Shown here: in pieces, positions 11,960-25,900 of the stretch | Layout: every line of letters begins with the position of its first letter | Numbering within the stretch: position 1 is the first letter of the stretch | NCBI RefSeq assembly: GCF_037042905.1 | Contig: NC_087245.1 | Location: 29,142,001-29,202,000 of the forward strand | Source of the DNA: Lytechinus pictus | Taxonomy: Eukaryota | Length of the DNA: 60,000 nt | Reading direction: 5' to 3' | The notes under the pieces: generated by a model | The model's database searches: none | What the model was told of the DNA's origin: nothing | The model's input: only the letters and a program-made list of their open reading frames with translations | Program-made: the position numbers and the translations under genes

Positions 11960-14900
11960 TTTACAAACTTTTTTGTTTTGAAACTATTTTTTTTTTCATT
12001 TCAATATATTCATAATTAAACAAATCATACATGTATCACAAAACATTACAAGATGAAATGAATATTGTAAATAATTTTTAACAGTAACATTAATTTTGAT
12101 CACACTTAATTACTGAAAATTACATAACATTTATACCAATATTATATTACTTGTTTAATACATTTACATACTTTGGAAAAAAAAAAGTAATGTTAAAAAT
12201 TATCTATACGCATCCATTCGTTACTCTAAATCAACTTGTTCCCATTTCTGGAAATGTATTGCCAAGGTATTCCTCTGCAATCTTATATTAATTCCTCTTC
12301 CTTATGTTTTCTACCGGCAATGTTTTATTATGGTTCCAACAGGTGGCAAAACAGCTTAATTTGCCTTGCAGAATAAATCTCCTTTTTAACTATTAAAATT
12401 ACTGTATTTAAACATTTTATTTTATTTGAACTTCCATCAATCCCTAACAAAATGTCTTCCATGGAGAGATTATCCAGTTCTTTTAATCTTAATTTAAGTC
12501 CAATATTTTTCCAAAGTGTTTGAACATTCGGGCAACTTTTAAAAAAGTGATCAAGAGTTTCAACGTCTTGAGAACAAAACGAACATTATTTTGTTAGATG
12601 ATATATAACATATTGTATGAAGTTTATCATTTGGGTAAATACCCCCGTGCAGCTGTTTAACTTGACATTTCCTTTAGCATGTTTAGTTAACAACGTACCG
12701 TAGAAAAACGATGTCTCATAATATGCCGAATTTGTTTTACTGTTAAACCTGAAAAAATCCGATTGATTTTAAGGATGTCATCCGTCTTTTTTCAAACCGT
12801 TAATGAAATATTTATATCATTGCCTTGAACAGATCTTGACTAGTGTTACATTTCTTCCAAATACGGTTCTAGATATAAACCCCTCAAAAAAAGTTTGGAA
12901 ATCTTAGTTTGGCCATTAATTTCTCCTAATTTTACACAATGCATATTTGACATCATTCAAAAGATCATTTAATTCTCTTTAAAATGATACAATGCTTGTT
13001 ATGATCGTGTCATCACGAAAAGAGCAGGATTCGAAAGTGTTGGATGAGGTCTGAATTGAAAAGCTGCAAAACGAGCAAATGTTTGGAAATCTGAGTTTGG
13101 CCATTAATTTCTCCTAACTCCCAATTTAACACAAACATAACTGATATCATTCAAAAGATCATTTAATTCTATTTAAAATGATACCATGCTTGTTATGATC
13201 ATGTCATCATGAAAAGAGCAGGATTCAAAAGTGAGTGGATGAGGTCTGAATTGAAAAGCTGCAAAACGAGCAGAAATAGTCATGAAGGGTCAAGTTCTTT
13301 TGTCTGTGTCAATAGAGATGAAAATCCATTCAAATCAAGCCCCTGCTTCTTCATTTTTATGTTCTGTTGTGGTGTATGTAGTGATGGTTCTGTGAGATAA
13401 CATGGTTTGAGCATTGGTTGAAATACCCATGCATGTTTGTTTGTTTGTTTGTTATGTGTTTGCTTGTGCAGAGGTGTGTTTGATTCCATGTTAATGTTGA
13501 TGTTAAGGTGCATGAAAACAATTAAAAGAAACCGCTGAGAAACTCACTCATCACCACGGGAAAAAGACTTTCAATATTGTGTCATTTTGCACCCTTTGTT
13601 TTTTTTTACCTTGCCCCACAATTCAAGGCACTGCACCTCCATGTGAGCCGTAATCATATCATGTAGGGTATCATTTTAAAGACAATTAAATGATCTATTC
13701 ATTGATATTAATTACACATTGATATTTACTAAAACCGAGGAGGGATTATAGATCGAAGTCAGATTTCCAAACTTTTTTTGAGGAGTTTAGATATCGTCGT
13801 CATGGGACTGATTACCTTGAAATGGATTAAGGCTGAATGAACGTTTCCACCCAATTGGCAGAGCATCATATATTTTCAAAATATAATTTGAGTCCAAACC
13901 GCTGTTTAAAAAATAAGATACTGGCCTTAAATGGCCGTTTCCATCAATCAAATGAATAAGTTTAAACATAATATGAGTATAGTTTTATATCAAATACAAT
14001 TTTGCTATCAATACATACATGTTTGTTATTAAATATTATAGTGTCTGAAACACAATCATTCTCCTTTGTCCTACATTCTTTTTTTCTTTGCCAAACTCTT
14101 AATATTTCAACAGAGAATGTTGATAACTTTGCTTTGATCTTGGCGGTATTATAATTACATTGAAAATGAACACACCACCTGTCCAATTGATTTACATTAA
14201 CTATTGAACAGTGTTTTCCATTTCATTTGATTGTCAATATATTAATCTTTTCATCCACATCGTAAACCTCCATTTTCATATTTTTGATACATTGCGTTTC
14301 TTTTCATTTTATCTTGTCCATTCCAAATAAATTCGAATGTGATTCTTTCTGTTCCACATAAACCCACTTCGGGACCACAATCAACGATGAGACATGAATC
14401 AATTTTGCAAGTGCATTAGAAGATGAATTTTCCCTAATATGGTAAATCTCTTTGCTTCCACCAGCTCAATAACTTTATTTTGCTTAAAATTCTTTGTAGT
14501 TCATTTCTTCTTTAACCTTCACATCCATGGTAAAATATATTCCCAAATCTTCACTACTTTAACCATATTCCATCCTTTCGGGTCCTGGTTTGTACTGGTT
14601 CATAATCTCATTAAATTTGTTTTATCCTAGTTTAAAAACAGCAAAAAGTAAATTTCTAAGGACCGTTCATTTCGTACAAAAATCGATACATCATCAGCGT
14701 ACAGCACTTAACTTCATTCTGAGCCAATAAAATACCCCTAACCCCTGAATCATTTCCTATAACATTTGCAAGTAATTCAATTGATGATATAAAATATAAA
14801 GCGAGAGGTAATCTCCCTGTCTTACTCCCCTCTGTATATCAAAATATTCAGTTGTGAAGCCACCATTCATAACACATGCTCCACTATACAAAGTTTTGAT

Positions 14901-15050
14901 CAACTGTCTAAAAGATACACCAAATTAAAAAATTTCTAATATCTTTTGTATAAACTCATGCGATACAGAGTCAAATGCTTTTTCAAAATCCACCGCTAAT
15001 AAATAAACTTTTATAATGTTATTCAAAGCCTGAAATAAAATATCATCAAT
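11960..15050 (-). mobile_element. Decayed, 5'-truncated L1/Tx1-like LINE (RT and zf-RVT remnants)
   Basis: Minus-strand fragments VDFEKAFDSVSHEF (~14960-14995), RGVRQGD (~14810-14835), LYADD (YADD at 14690-14701) and CSFCSQDVETLDHFFKSCP (~12530-12590); many stops and frameshifts; A-rich 3' end near 11960-12000. Confidence 0.85.
12878..13787. mobile_element. Tc1/mariner-type non-autonomous element inserted in the LINE
   Basis: TIRs aacccctcaaaaaaagtttggaaatct and agatttccaaactttttttgaggagtt, flanked by TA; internal ~185-bp tandem duplication. Confidence 0.85.
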
Positions 15051-16115
15051 AAAAAACATCGTGACTCGCGGCGGATTGAATGGAAATAGCACTGTCTCGG
15101 CTTAAGCATCTTTTAAAAAAAGTAATTTATTTCAATCATGGACCTATTCATTCCGGGAGTTCTTTCCCAAGTTTGTTCCCTACATGTAGTCACGGCCATG
15201 TGCATGCGCTATAGGCATTTAATTTACATTTCTCTTATTTAAAAAAAATAGATGTGAATTTTTTTTTAATGTACCATCAAAGTTTCGCTCATTTTTCACA
15301 AAAAAAATTAAAAAACAGTGATATTGATGTCACATGCTCTTATTAAGTATTTAGTCTTAATTGTATATATTTTTAGTGAAGAATACCTTATTTCACAGTG
15401 TAATGAGATAAATATTGAAGGGATTTCATATTTTGATATAATAACAAAAAAAAGGATAGAAAGTGGGTATTTTTTCATCGGTACCCCCATTGGCCACGAA
15501 CATTTAGGCCGGCCTACATAATATTTGTTCTGTGACCAATTTGGTAATTGCATGGCCATGCAATTAGACCCAAATAGCCAATGGCAAAGTATAAGGAAGA
15601 TATCATTAATTGAAAATTATTGTCTTTGAAATCAATATATCAATGCTTGAAGAAATTAACCGAAACAAAGATCACTGCAGGCCTATTAAAAAAGTATTGA
15701 AAAACAAAGTATATTTTCATCTTTCCCGGATTTATGTGAATATTGTTTTTTGTCGTGAATTTGTATATTATTCATGCATTCAAATATTAAACAGATTATT
15801 ATTTCCATTGAACAACGACCTGAGTAATAATGGGCTGTATTAAATATCTCACAAAGCTTCATTCTCACGAGCGCTGACAGAAAAGGCGAGAATTAAAAAA
15901 GTTGTCATAATTACATTTGTATGGAGGCTTAAAAAGTACATGCACCAAATTAGGCATTGATACAATTATAATCTCGTCATGAAAATAATTTCGCGAAAAT
16001 ATCAGCTGACAAGATCTCGGATCTCATCTTGTTGACATCACTTCGAATCAGATGATGGGATGGATCATGGATGGGATGTAGACATGACGATATCTAAGGT
16101 CTTTATCTTCCATTA

Positions 16116-16308
16116 GGGTACGGTGACTCAGTGGTAGAGCGCCTGCCTCATGGACAAGAAGTCGTGGATTTGATATAAAAATGGGAACTTCTAACTTCTT
16201 GCTAGGCGCTCAGCACTTCGATTGGAGAAGTAATTATGTTAAGCATGCAGAGTCCACTGGGAGAGCAGTTTCCAAATTAAAGTGGAGACCTGTATGGGTA
16301 AATAAAAC
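16116..16308 (+). mobile_element. Decayed tRNA-derived SINE (second family)
   Basis: tRNA-like head (tgactcagtggtagagcgc), gctaggcgctcagca core, tail ending gggtaaataaa. Confidence 0.65.
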
Positions 16309-16688
16309 GTTTTAACATTTTCATTCATTAAGGTAGTACACATTTTTATGGCACGCTCCAAGATCTAGTCAATAATTCTTCTCTTCTATATTGTGATGAG
16401 ATGACAAGATCTGATATCTTGTCATCTTTTGAAGGATGTAGCAATGACGATTGAGATCAGAGGCCTCGTTGTCTTATTTCTCCTAAAGGATTTAGACATG
16501 GCAAGATTCAAAATCTCGTTATCTGATCATCTGAGAGACACTGAATTATTTTGAATTTTAACAGAAGAAAACACCATACAAGAAATTAAATTGTTATGAA
16601 ATGGCTGCTTTAGTAGTGCAAGGGCGTTACCAGATTTCATTTTGTGAACCAACTTTACATTTAGATAAGTACTCGATCTGCATTTATA

Positions 16689-17514
16689 CAGTGCGTCCCA
16701 CAAAAAACGAAACCGAGATTTATCGATGATTTATCATAACTTAATCACAAATACAATAGACAAATGACCTACCATTGTAAAGCTTAGAATCTCCTCTTTC
16801 ATCTAAAACTACTAAGATTATTTCTCATTCACGCATGAGTGGGCAAAAACAATTTGAAGAGGGGATACCAAAAAGTCATTTGGCGGGCTGTATCTGGGTT
16901 TCAAAAATAAAACCACATTTTTAAAAAGTCCAATATCTGCTCTTTAATTTGATACCACAATTACAGAAAATGGTCAAGAAATAACAAAGTTCTGGCTATT
17001 TGAAATAAGGCTTGAATTTCAATAATTTCATTAAATGAAGAGTTTTTACAGGCTAGCGTTCAAACTCACTCAACACTCCGTTTTGTTGACGATCAGCCAT
17101 GCATTAACTTGAAGCCTTTTGTTAACCATGCGATAGCTTCTGTGGGAAACCGGTGACAACACGTTTATTTAATGAAACTATGGAAATACAAGCATTGTTT
17201 CGAGGGAACTTAACTTTTTTACTTCTTGACCATTTTTTGTGATTAAGGTATCAAATAAAAGAGCAGATATTGAACTTTTTAGGCATGTGATTTTCTTTTT
17301 GAAATTCAGATACCCCCCGCCAAATGAGTTTTTGGTATCATTTGTTCAAATTGTTTTTGCTCACTCATGCGTGAATGAGAAATAATCTAAGTAATATCAG
17401 ATAAAAGAGGAGATTCTAAGCTTTACATTGGTAGGTCATTTGTCTATTTTATTTGTGATTAAGTTATGATAAATCATTGCTTAATTTCGGTTTCGTTTTC
17501 TCTGGGACGCACTG
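16689..17514. mobile_element. Tc1/mariner-type foldback MITE
   Basis: cagtgcgtccca...tgggacgcactg; the arms stay complementary for roughly 350 bp; TA on the left flank. Confidence 0.85.
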
Positions 17515-17789
17515 CATAATTTCAATTTAGGAGTCTTTTTATTAATATTTTTTTTCTTCAAATGCCCGTGGGCAAACTCTAGGTGACTTTGAAATGACAA
17601 GTGACACCATTGCACGTAACAGAGTCACCGCGTGAAGGTAGCAGCATGACCCCGGGTTAGTAAAAATCATAGGTGATTTTAAATCAAAATAAAGAACAAA
17701 AATATGCAATGAAAAATAAGGTTAGTATAAAAACCCCAATGAATGGAAAGTGAATAAATAATTAATATATGTATAGCTAATTTCACAAA

Positions 17790-18120
17790 CGTCACAAATA
17801 TGCACAAATATATACAAATAGGCACATACTAGATGGGCACGAATAAGCACAACTATGCACAAACATATACAAATAGGCACATACTACATGGGAACAAATA
17901 GGCACAACTATGCACAAATATGAAAATATGCACAACTATGCACAAAAATATATACAAATAGGCACATACTAGACGGGCACGAATAAGCAAAACTATGCAC
18001 AAATATACACAAATAGGCAAAACGGGCACAAATATGAAAATATGCACAACTATGCACAAATATACACAAATAGGCACGATCGGGCACAAATATGAAAAAA
18101 ATGTACACAAATATACATAA
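17790..18120. repeat. Minisatellite
   Basis: Repeats of tatgcacaaatatatacaaataggcac. Confidence 0.85.
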
Positions 18121-18599
18121 ACATCTATTTACAAAATAGAAAAAAATACAAAAGACAGATTACCCCCTCTCCAAAAAAAAAAAATAATAATAAAATAAAA
18201 TATAAATAAATAAATAAGCAGCGGGCAAAAGCGGCGCCGAGGGAAGGCAAAGCGGATGCAAAGCAAAATCAATGCTGCGGTGAGGGGAGGGTATACTTGT
18301 GACTGTAACAGGCTAAACACCGTGACGGGGAAAAAACAAGGCAAAAGGAAACTGGCAAAAAGGCCTTGACCATGGTAACAGGAAAAGATGGGCGAAGGCC
18401 CGACACGGCAAAAGTAGCTGAGGGTGAATGCCTAGGCCTAGGGGAGATAAAAATAAATTAATTTTTCAATTAGAATATTTCATAGGAAACATAACCAGCC
18501 ACTGCTGGTCTCATTTATGCCACCGTGCTTCTGTAAAAAAAAAGTTAAAATGAAGAGCAGCATGTAAAATATTATGAAAACGAGAACAAAATTACAAAC

Positions 18600-21500
18600 A
18601 GGAAAATTTACACTGTTTAAAAAACCAGAGCTACCATCAAAATGTCTGCGACTGACAAAAAGCTGAAATGGGTAAAGAAGAATAGTTATTAAGGTTGAAA
18701 ATAAAATGTTTGTTAAACGAGGCTAGATGGAAGACCATCCCAATAAACATGATAAAAGCTGACTTGGATACCCTTAGTAAAATAAATAAAATATAATCAT
18801 TCAAGAAGATCATAACGTACATGCCAACAATATGTTTAGCAGGATCATCTGGGTGGGCTGACTACCGTAAAAGTTATTTCCCTTCAGTGAATAAAAGTCA
18901 ATATGGAAAAAAACCTTATATCAAGTTAAGCAATTAAAGCCTGCTGGAAGACTGTAAATAGGGTCGAAGGGATAGTGACTACCTTATATAAATACGTATT
19001 TGTATTAAATGTTAAATACATCCAAGTTGGAAATAGAATGATAGAGTCAATATCAAGGATACAAACAATAATTAGCGGCATTTGCTGGAAATCCGCTAAA
19101 GGTTGAAGTGTCTACCCTATGTTAAAACAAAAGTTTTCATTTTGGTGATCATAAACTACACTTGAATCAGAATCCGCGGGACTACAGCTAAATGCCAAAC
19201 TAAAATGAAAAAAAAAATCTTTATTAATAAGATGATTATACTTTGTTTAAGACAAGTTAAAAGTCTCGTAGCTAACTATTAAGTGGTAACCCTGTATCAA
19301 TTAAACAGTATATGTATTATTGGACCTGTATGATGGAATGTTGGAATTATAGGGATTTATAGTATTGCGTTAAAATTGAAGCACCAAGCCCTGAAAGAAT
19401 ATTTCAACGTTACAAATGCTATAGTACACAGGTATTCGGGATGACGTTATACTTTAATAGGAATACATCATACGTTATCGAAATTGATACTTCTGTCTTC
19501 TTATCACCTGCTTTGCTTTTTAGAATGAACAGGGAAATAAAAAGAATCATAATCATTAGAAGACTACCGATAAAACCCGACGAGGCTCCCCTGAATAAAT
19601 ACGAATCCTTATTAAGAATGAAAACATATCAAGACAGCTGGAATATCGCCAACAAAAGTCCAAAGTGGCTACCCGAGATGAATAAGAGACACTATTAACG
19701 GGAATAAAAAAATATGTTAAACAGGGCTTGCTGAAAGAGACAATAGAAGCTAGAGTGGTTATCCTGGGTAAATAAAAGACCTTATCGATATGATTTACAT
19801 GCATCCAGCCTGAATAGAGAATAATGATGAAAGTTACATACTATGGAAATTCACATAATACAATTGAAAGTTGTATTTTCAAGTGGGATCTCTGCCTTAA
19901 CATTTTGCAGTGTCGCCACTAAATGTCAAAGTTGCTACATTGGGTAACTAAGAGCTGTAATTAAAAAAGTACCATAACACATTTAGGAGGGGCATTGGAA
20001 GACCGCGAATTAAAGCCGCTACTCTTAGCCAGGTGGACGACCGCTACTAGCTGGAGTGGATTCCCTATGTAAATAAGAATCTTTATTAATAAGGATAACC
20101 ATTATATTGTGTGCAAGGTGAGTTCGCAGAAAACCCGGTGGTAAACACTGAAGTGGCAAGCATGCATCAATTAAAAAGTCTTAAACCTGATCGAGAATAA
20201 TATTTTGACATAAAAAGTATAAAAGAAAATGCAGTAATCATGGTAATGAGCAACCATCCCGCATAATTTAACATTACAACAAGTGTATTTCATATGAAAA
20301 TAAAATGAGTCTTTGTCTTGTCACCAGCTCTTCTTTTAAGAATAAACAAGAGGAACATTAAATAGAAAACCACCGATAAAACCCAAAGTAGTTATACACC
20401 CTGGATAAATAAGAGTAATAATTAACGAGGAAAATATTTCATTCTGTCAGCAAAAGAGCTGAATGATCGCCCCAAAAAGAAATCCGAAGAAATACCTAAT
20501 GCAAATAAGAATCACGATTAACGGGAATAAAAAAAATGTTAAATAGGGCTTGCTGAAAGAAACAATAAAAGCAAGAGTGTTTATCCTGGGTAAAAAAAAA
20601 AGACCTTATCGATATGATTTAAATGCTTCCAGCCTGAATAGAGAATAATGGTCGAAAGTCACATACTATTGAAATTCACATAATACAATTGAAAGTTGTA
20701 TTGTCAATTGGGATCTCTGCCCTTGCATGTTGCAGTGCCACCACCAAATGCCAAAGTTGCTACATTGGGTAGATAAGAGCTGTAATTAAAAAAAGTACCA
20801 TAACACATTTAGAAGGGGCATTTGAAGACCGCTAATTAAAGCCGCTACTCTTAGCCAGGTGGACGACCGCTACTAGCTGGAGTGGATTCCCTATGTAAAT
20901 AAGAATCTTTATTAATAAGGATAACCATTATATTGTCTGGAAGGTGAGTTCGCTGGAAATCCGGTAGTAAACACTTAAGTGGCAAGAATGCATAAATAAA
21001 AAGTCTTTAAGATGGCCTGTTGGAATTCTGCCACCATGGTCATTAATAGTTTTGCATTAAACACACCCAAACCTGATCGAGAATAATATTTTGACATAGA
21101 AAGTAAAAAAGAAAATGCAGTAATCATGGTAATAAGCAATCATCCCGCATAACTTAACATGTCAACAAGTGTATTTCATATGAAATTAAAATGAGTCTTT
21201 GTCTTGTCACCAGCTCTTCTTTTAAGAATAAAAAAGAGGAACATTAATTAGAAAACCACCGATAAACCCGAAGTAGCTATACCCCTTGGATAAATAAGAG
21301 TAATAATTAACGATGAAAATATTTCATTCTGTTAGCAAAAAAGATGAATGATCGCCAAAAAAGAAGTCCGAAGAAATACCTAATGCAAATAAAAATCACG
21401 ATTAACGGGAATAAAAACTTCAGGATAAACATGACATTTTGAAAGACTGCCGATGAAAGCTGATGTGGCTATCCTGGGTAGATAAAAGACATTATCGATA

Positions 21501-22330
21501 TACCATATAAACGTATCCAGTCTGAAAAAAAAAGAATGACTGAATATTACAATATACCATGCTAAATATGCAATTGAAAGTTAGTTATTTCATACTGGAC
21601 ATCTGACTCTATGATGCAGTGACACTGGAAAGCCGCAAAAAGATCAAAGTTGCTACACTGGGCATTTAAACGTTGTTAGGGCCACTAGAAGAACTTCAGT
21701 GAAAGCCGTAGCTGCTAATTTGGGTAAATACGAGTCGTTATCATTATTAAGCGTAAATACTTATCCAACCTGAACATATGGAAAAGAGAATGTACCACAA
21801 ATTATGAAATAATGCGAATTATAGCAAATTCGTATATTATGATATAATGTGCAATTGAAAAGACATAACTTTAAATTTAACTTCCTGTCTTTGTATCAGC
21901 AACTCTGCTTTTTAGAAAAAAAGAGAAATAAAGTCATAACTGTATCATGTTAGCAGGACATACTGGAATACCATTAATACAAATTGAATTGGCTGTCAGA
22001 AGATAAATCGTATATTATAATTAAATGTGCAATTTAAAAGTATATTTTAAAATTTGACTTTCTGTCTTTGTACCAGCAACTCTGCTTTTGGGAATGAAAG
22101 AATGGGAAAAAGTTCTAGATGCACATACCGTGTCAGGAGACAAGCTGGTATACCGCCATTAAAAGCTGAATTGGATATCAGAGGAAGATAAAGAGACATC
22201 ATTACGACTATACTATTAAGGGAATACAATACATTATCAAACAGGATCCCCTCTCTAGGAAGACTTCCAATATATATACTGGAGTGAAGACGATGAAGTG
22301 GCTACCCTTGGTAAATAAGAATTATAATTA
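18600..22330. repeat. Degenerate tandem array with a recent ~0.85-kb duplication
   Basis: Variants of aagtggctaccctgggtaaataag recur at irregular intervals, often about 70-100 bp; 19695-20518 is duplicated at 20519-21400. Confidence 0.75.
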
Positions 22331-22959
22331 GGTTTAGTCACGCCGAGCCTGTAAAGAGAATGGTATATCAGAAAGAGTTATAAATTAAGATCTTCAAATT
22401 ATTGCGGCAATCTTTTCTGAACATCAACATCTTCCTCGGTCATGGTCACCATCATAGCAATACTTACTGCTGCCACTCCTGAATATAACAGAAATAATAT
22501 TGTTAAGCCGACATAATTTAAAAGATTTAGTCAACCTCAAAAAAAGTTACACTTGACTATTGTTCTGTTAAATGAATACCAAATTATGGGCATTAAAATT
22601 CGAAATTGCCCTGACGAATATTTTGGATCAATCTCCCTTTCAGAACTATGGACTAAATTGTTTAATAAGTATATAAATGGACTTTCTTATTAATATATCT
22701 CTGACAATGCATTCTAGTTTGCTGAATGGTGAGAAATTTGAATTTGTCATATTTATTACTTTCGTTGTAGCTCATATTTATTAACAGATTGCATTGAATT
22801 AGGCGATTCATAGAGTATGGCCTTTGTGGCAATTGATGTCAAATAAAAATATCGTTATCATTTTAAATTATCTAATGTCACTCACCTTTATTGCAGAGGA
22901 AGGATGAAATAATCGGCCACATTAATCATCAAAAGCTAGCGAAATGTTGCACATGTTGC

Positions 22960-25900
22960 AAGGCAGAAGACGAAGTAATCTTTGATGAAAGGGTGACGGA
23001 GAGTGGTAGACGAAAAGGGATGTGTTGCTCTATGATGACAGGGTGGCGAAGTGTATAAATGGAAGGCTACTTGTTGCTCTATGATGAAAGGGTGACGAAG
23101 AGTATAGGTGAAAGGCTACTTGTTGCTCTATGATGAAAGGGTGACGAAGAGTATAGATGAAAGGCTACTTGTTGCTCTATGATGGAAGGGTGACGAAGAG
23201 TATAGATGAAAGGCTACTTGTTGCTCAATGATGAAAGGGTGGCGAAGAGTATAGATGAAAGGCTACTTGTTGCTCTATGATGAAAGGGTGACGAGGAGTA
23301 TAGATGAAATGCGACTTGTTGCTCAATGATAAAAGGGTGACGACGAGTATAGATGAAAGGCCACTTGTTGCTCTATGATGAAAAGGGTGACGACGAGTAT
23401 AGATGAAAGGCTACTTGTTGCTCTATGATGAAAAGGGTGACGGTGAGTATAGATGAAAGGCTACTTGTTGCTCTATGATGAAAGGGTGACGAAGAGTGGT
23501 AGATGAAAGGCTACTTGTTGCTCTATGATGAAAAGGGTGACGGAGAGTATATATGAAAGGCTGCTTGTTGCTCTATGATGAAAAGGTGACGAAGAGTATA
23601 GATGAAAGGCTACTTGTTGCTCTATGATGGAAGGGTGACGAATAGTATTGATGAAAGGCTACTTGTTGCTCAATGATGAAAGGGTGACGAACAGGGGTAG
23701 ATGAAAGGCTACTTGTTGCTCTATGAAGAAAGGGAGACGAAGAATATAGATGAAAGGCTACTTGTTGCTCTATGATGAAAGGGTGACAAAGAATGGTAGA
23801 TGACGGGTGACTTGTTGTGATAAAAGGGTGACGAAGAGTGGCGTACGAAAGGTGACGCGTTGCTCTGTGATGAAAAGGTGACGAATAGTATAGATGAAAG
23901 GCTACTTGTTGCTCTATGATGAAAGGGTGACGAAGAGTGGTAGATGAAAGGCTACTTGTTGCTCTATGATGACAGGATGACAAAGAGTGGTAGATCGAAG
24001 GCTACTTGTTGCTATGTGATGAAAGGGTGACGAAGAATATAGATGAAAGGCTATTTGTTGCTCTATGATGAAAGGGTGACGAAGAATGGTAGATGACGGG
24101 TGAATTGTTGTGATTAAAGGGTGACGAAGAGTGGCAGACGAAAGGTGACGCGTTGCTCTATGATGAAAGGGAGGCGAATAGAAGAAGACGACTCATTGCT
24201 TTATGATTAAAGAAAGACGAACAGAGGGAGAAGAAAGGCGACTTGTTGCTCTATGATGAGAGGGTGACGAATAGTGTTAGATGACAGGTGACTTGTTGAT
24301 CAATGATGAAGTTGAGACGAACAGGGGTATAAGAAAGGCGCATTGTTGCTCTATGATGAAAGGGTGACGAAGAGTGGTAGATAAAAGGCTACTTGTTGCT
24401 CTATGATGAAAGGGTGACGAAGAGTAGTAGATGAAAGATACATCTTACTCTATGTTGGGAGGGCGATGAACAGGGTAGAAGAAATGTGGCTTGTTGCTCT
24501 ATGATGAAAGGGTGACGAAGAGTGGCAGATGACATGATTGTTGTGACGACATGGAGACGAAGTCTTAGCTAAAAGGTGTTACTCTGATGAAAGGGAGACG
24601 AACAGGTGTAGATGGAAGGTGATGCGTTGCTCTATGATGAAAGGTTGACCAAGAGTGGTAGAAGACGGGTGACCTGTTGTTATTAAAGAGTGACGAAGAG
24701 TAGAAGATGAAAAGTGACATGTTGCTCCATGGTGATTAAAGGAAGACGTAGAGTATTTGATGAAATGTGACATATTGCTCCATGATGATTAACGGGAGTC
24801 GAATAGTAGATATAAGTTACTTATTGATCTATGTTGAAAGGGCGAAGACTACGTGTTGCTCATGATAAAAGGGTGGCGAAGAGTATAGATGAAAGGCTAC
24901 TTGTTACTCAATGATGAAAGGGTGACGAAGGGTATAGATAAAGGTGACGCGAGTCTATGTGATGAATGGGAGACGAACAGTGATAGAAGAAATGTGACTT
25001 CTTCCTTTATGATGAAAGGGAGGCGAAAAAAGTATACGAAATGTGATTTGTTGCTCTATGTTGAGAGGGCGACGAACAGGGGTAGATGAAAGGCTAATTG
25101 TTGTTCTATGATAAAAAGGAGGCGAAGAGTGGTAGGTGAATTCTTGCTCTATGATGAAAGGGAGGCGAAAAGTAGAAGAAAATGATCTTGTTGCTTTATG
25201 ATGAAAGGAAGACGAACAAGGGTTGAAGAAAGGCGACTTGTTGCTCTCTGAAAGGGTGACGAAGATTGTTAGATGACAGGCGACTCCTTGCTCTATATTT
25301 AAATGGTGATGAAGAGTGGTAGATGGAATTCGACTTGTTGCTCTATGATATAAAGGGTGACATGAGTGGTATAATGACGGGTGACCTGTTGATCTATGTT
25401 GAGAAGACGACGAGCAGGTGTAGAAGAAAGGTGACTTGTTGCTCTTTGATGAAAGGGTGACGATGAGTGTTAGACGAAATGCAACTTGTTGCTCTATGAT
25501 GAAATGGTGACGAAGAGTGGTAGGCGAAAGACCACTTGTTGCTCTTTGGTGAAAGGGTGACGAAGAGTGGTAGATGGAAGGCTACTTGTTGCGATGTGAT
25601 GAAAGGGTGACGAAGAATATAGATGAAAGGCTACTCATTGCTCTATGATGAAAGGGTGACAAAGAATGGTAGATGAAAAGTGACGTGTTGCTCTGTGAGG
25701 AAAAAGAGACAAACGGGTGTAGAAGAAAGGTGACTTGTTGCTCTTTGATGAAAGGGTGACGAAGAGTTGTAGATTAAAGGCTACTTGTTGCTCTATGATG
25801 AAAGGGTGACGAAGAGTGGTAGATGAAGTGACGTGTTGCTCTATGATGAGAGGGAGGCGAAAAGGTTAGACGAAAGGTGAATTGTTGCTTTATGAAGAGA

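Noticed and set aside
18600..22330. CRISPR-like repeat-spacer array
   Set aside because: Eukaryotic context, highly degenerate repeats, irregular spacing, no cas-like ORFs.
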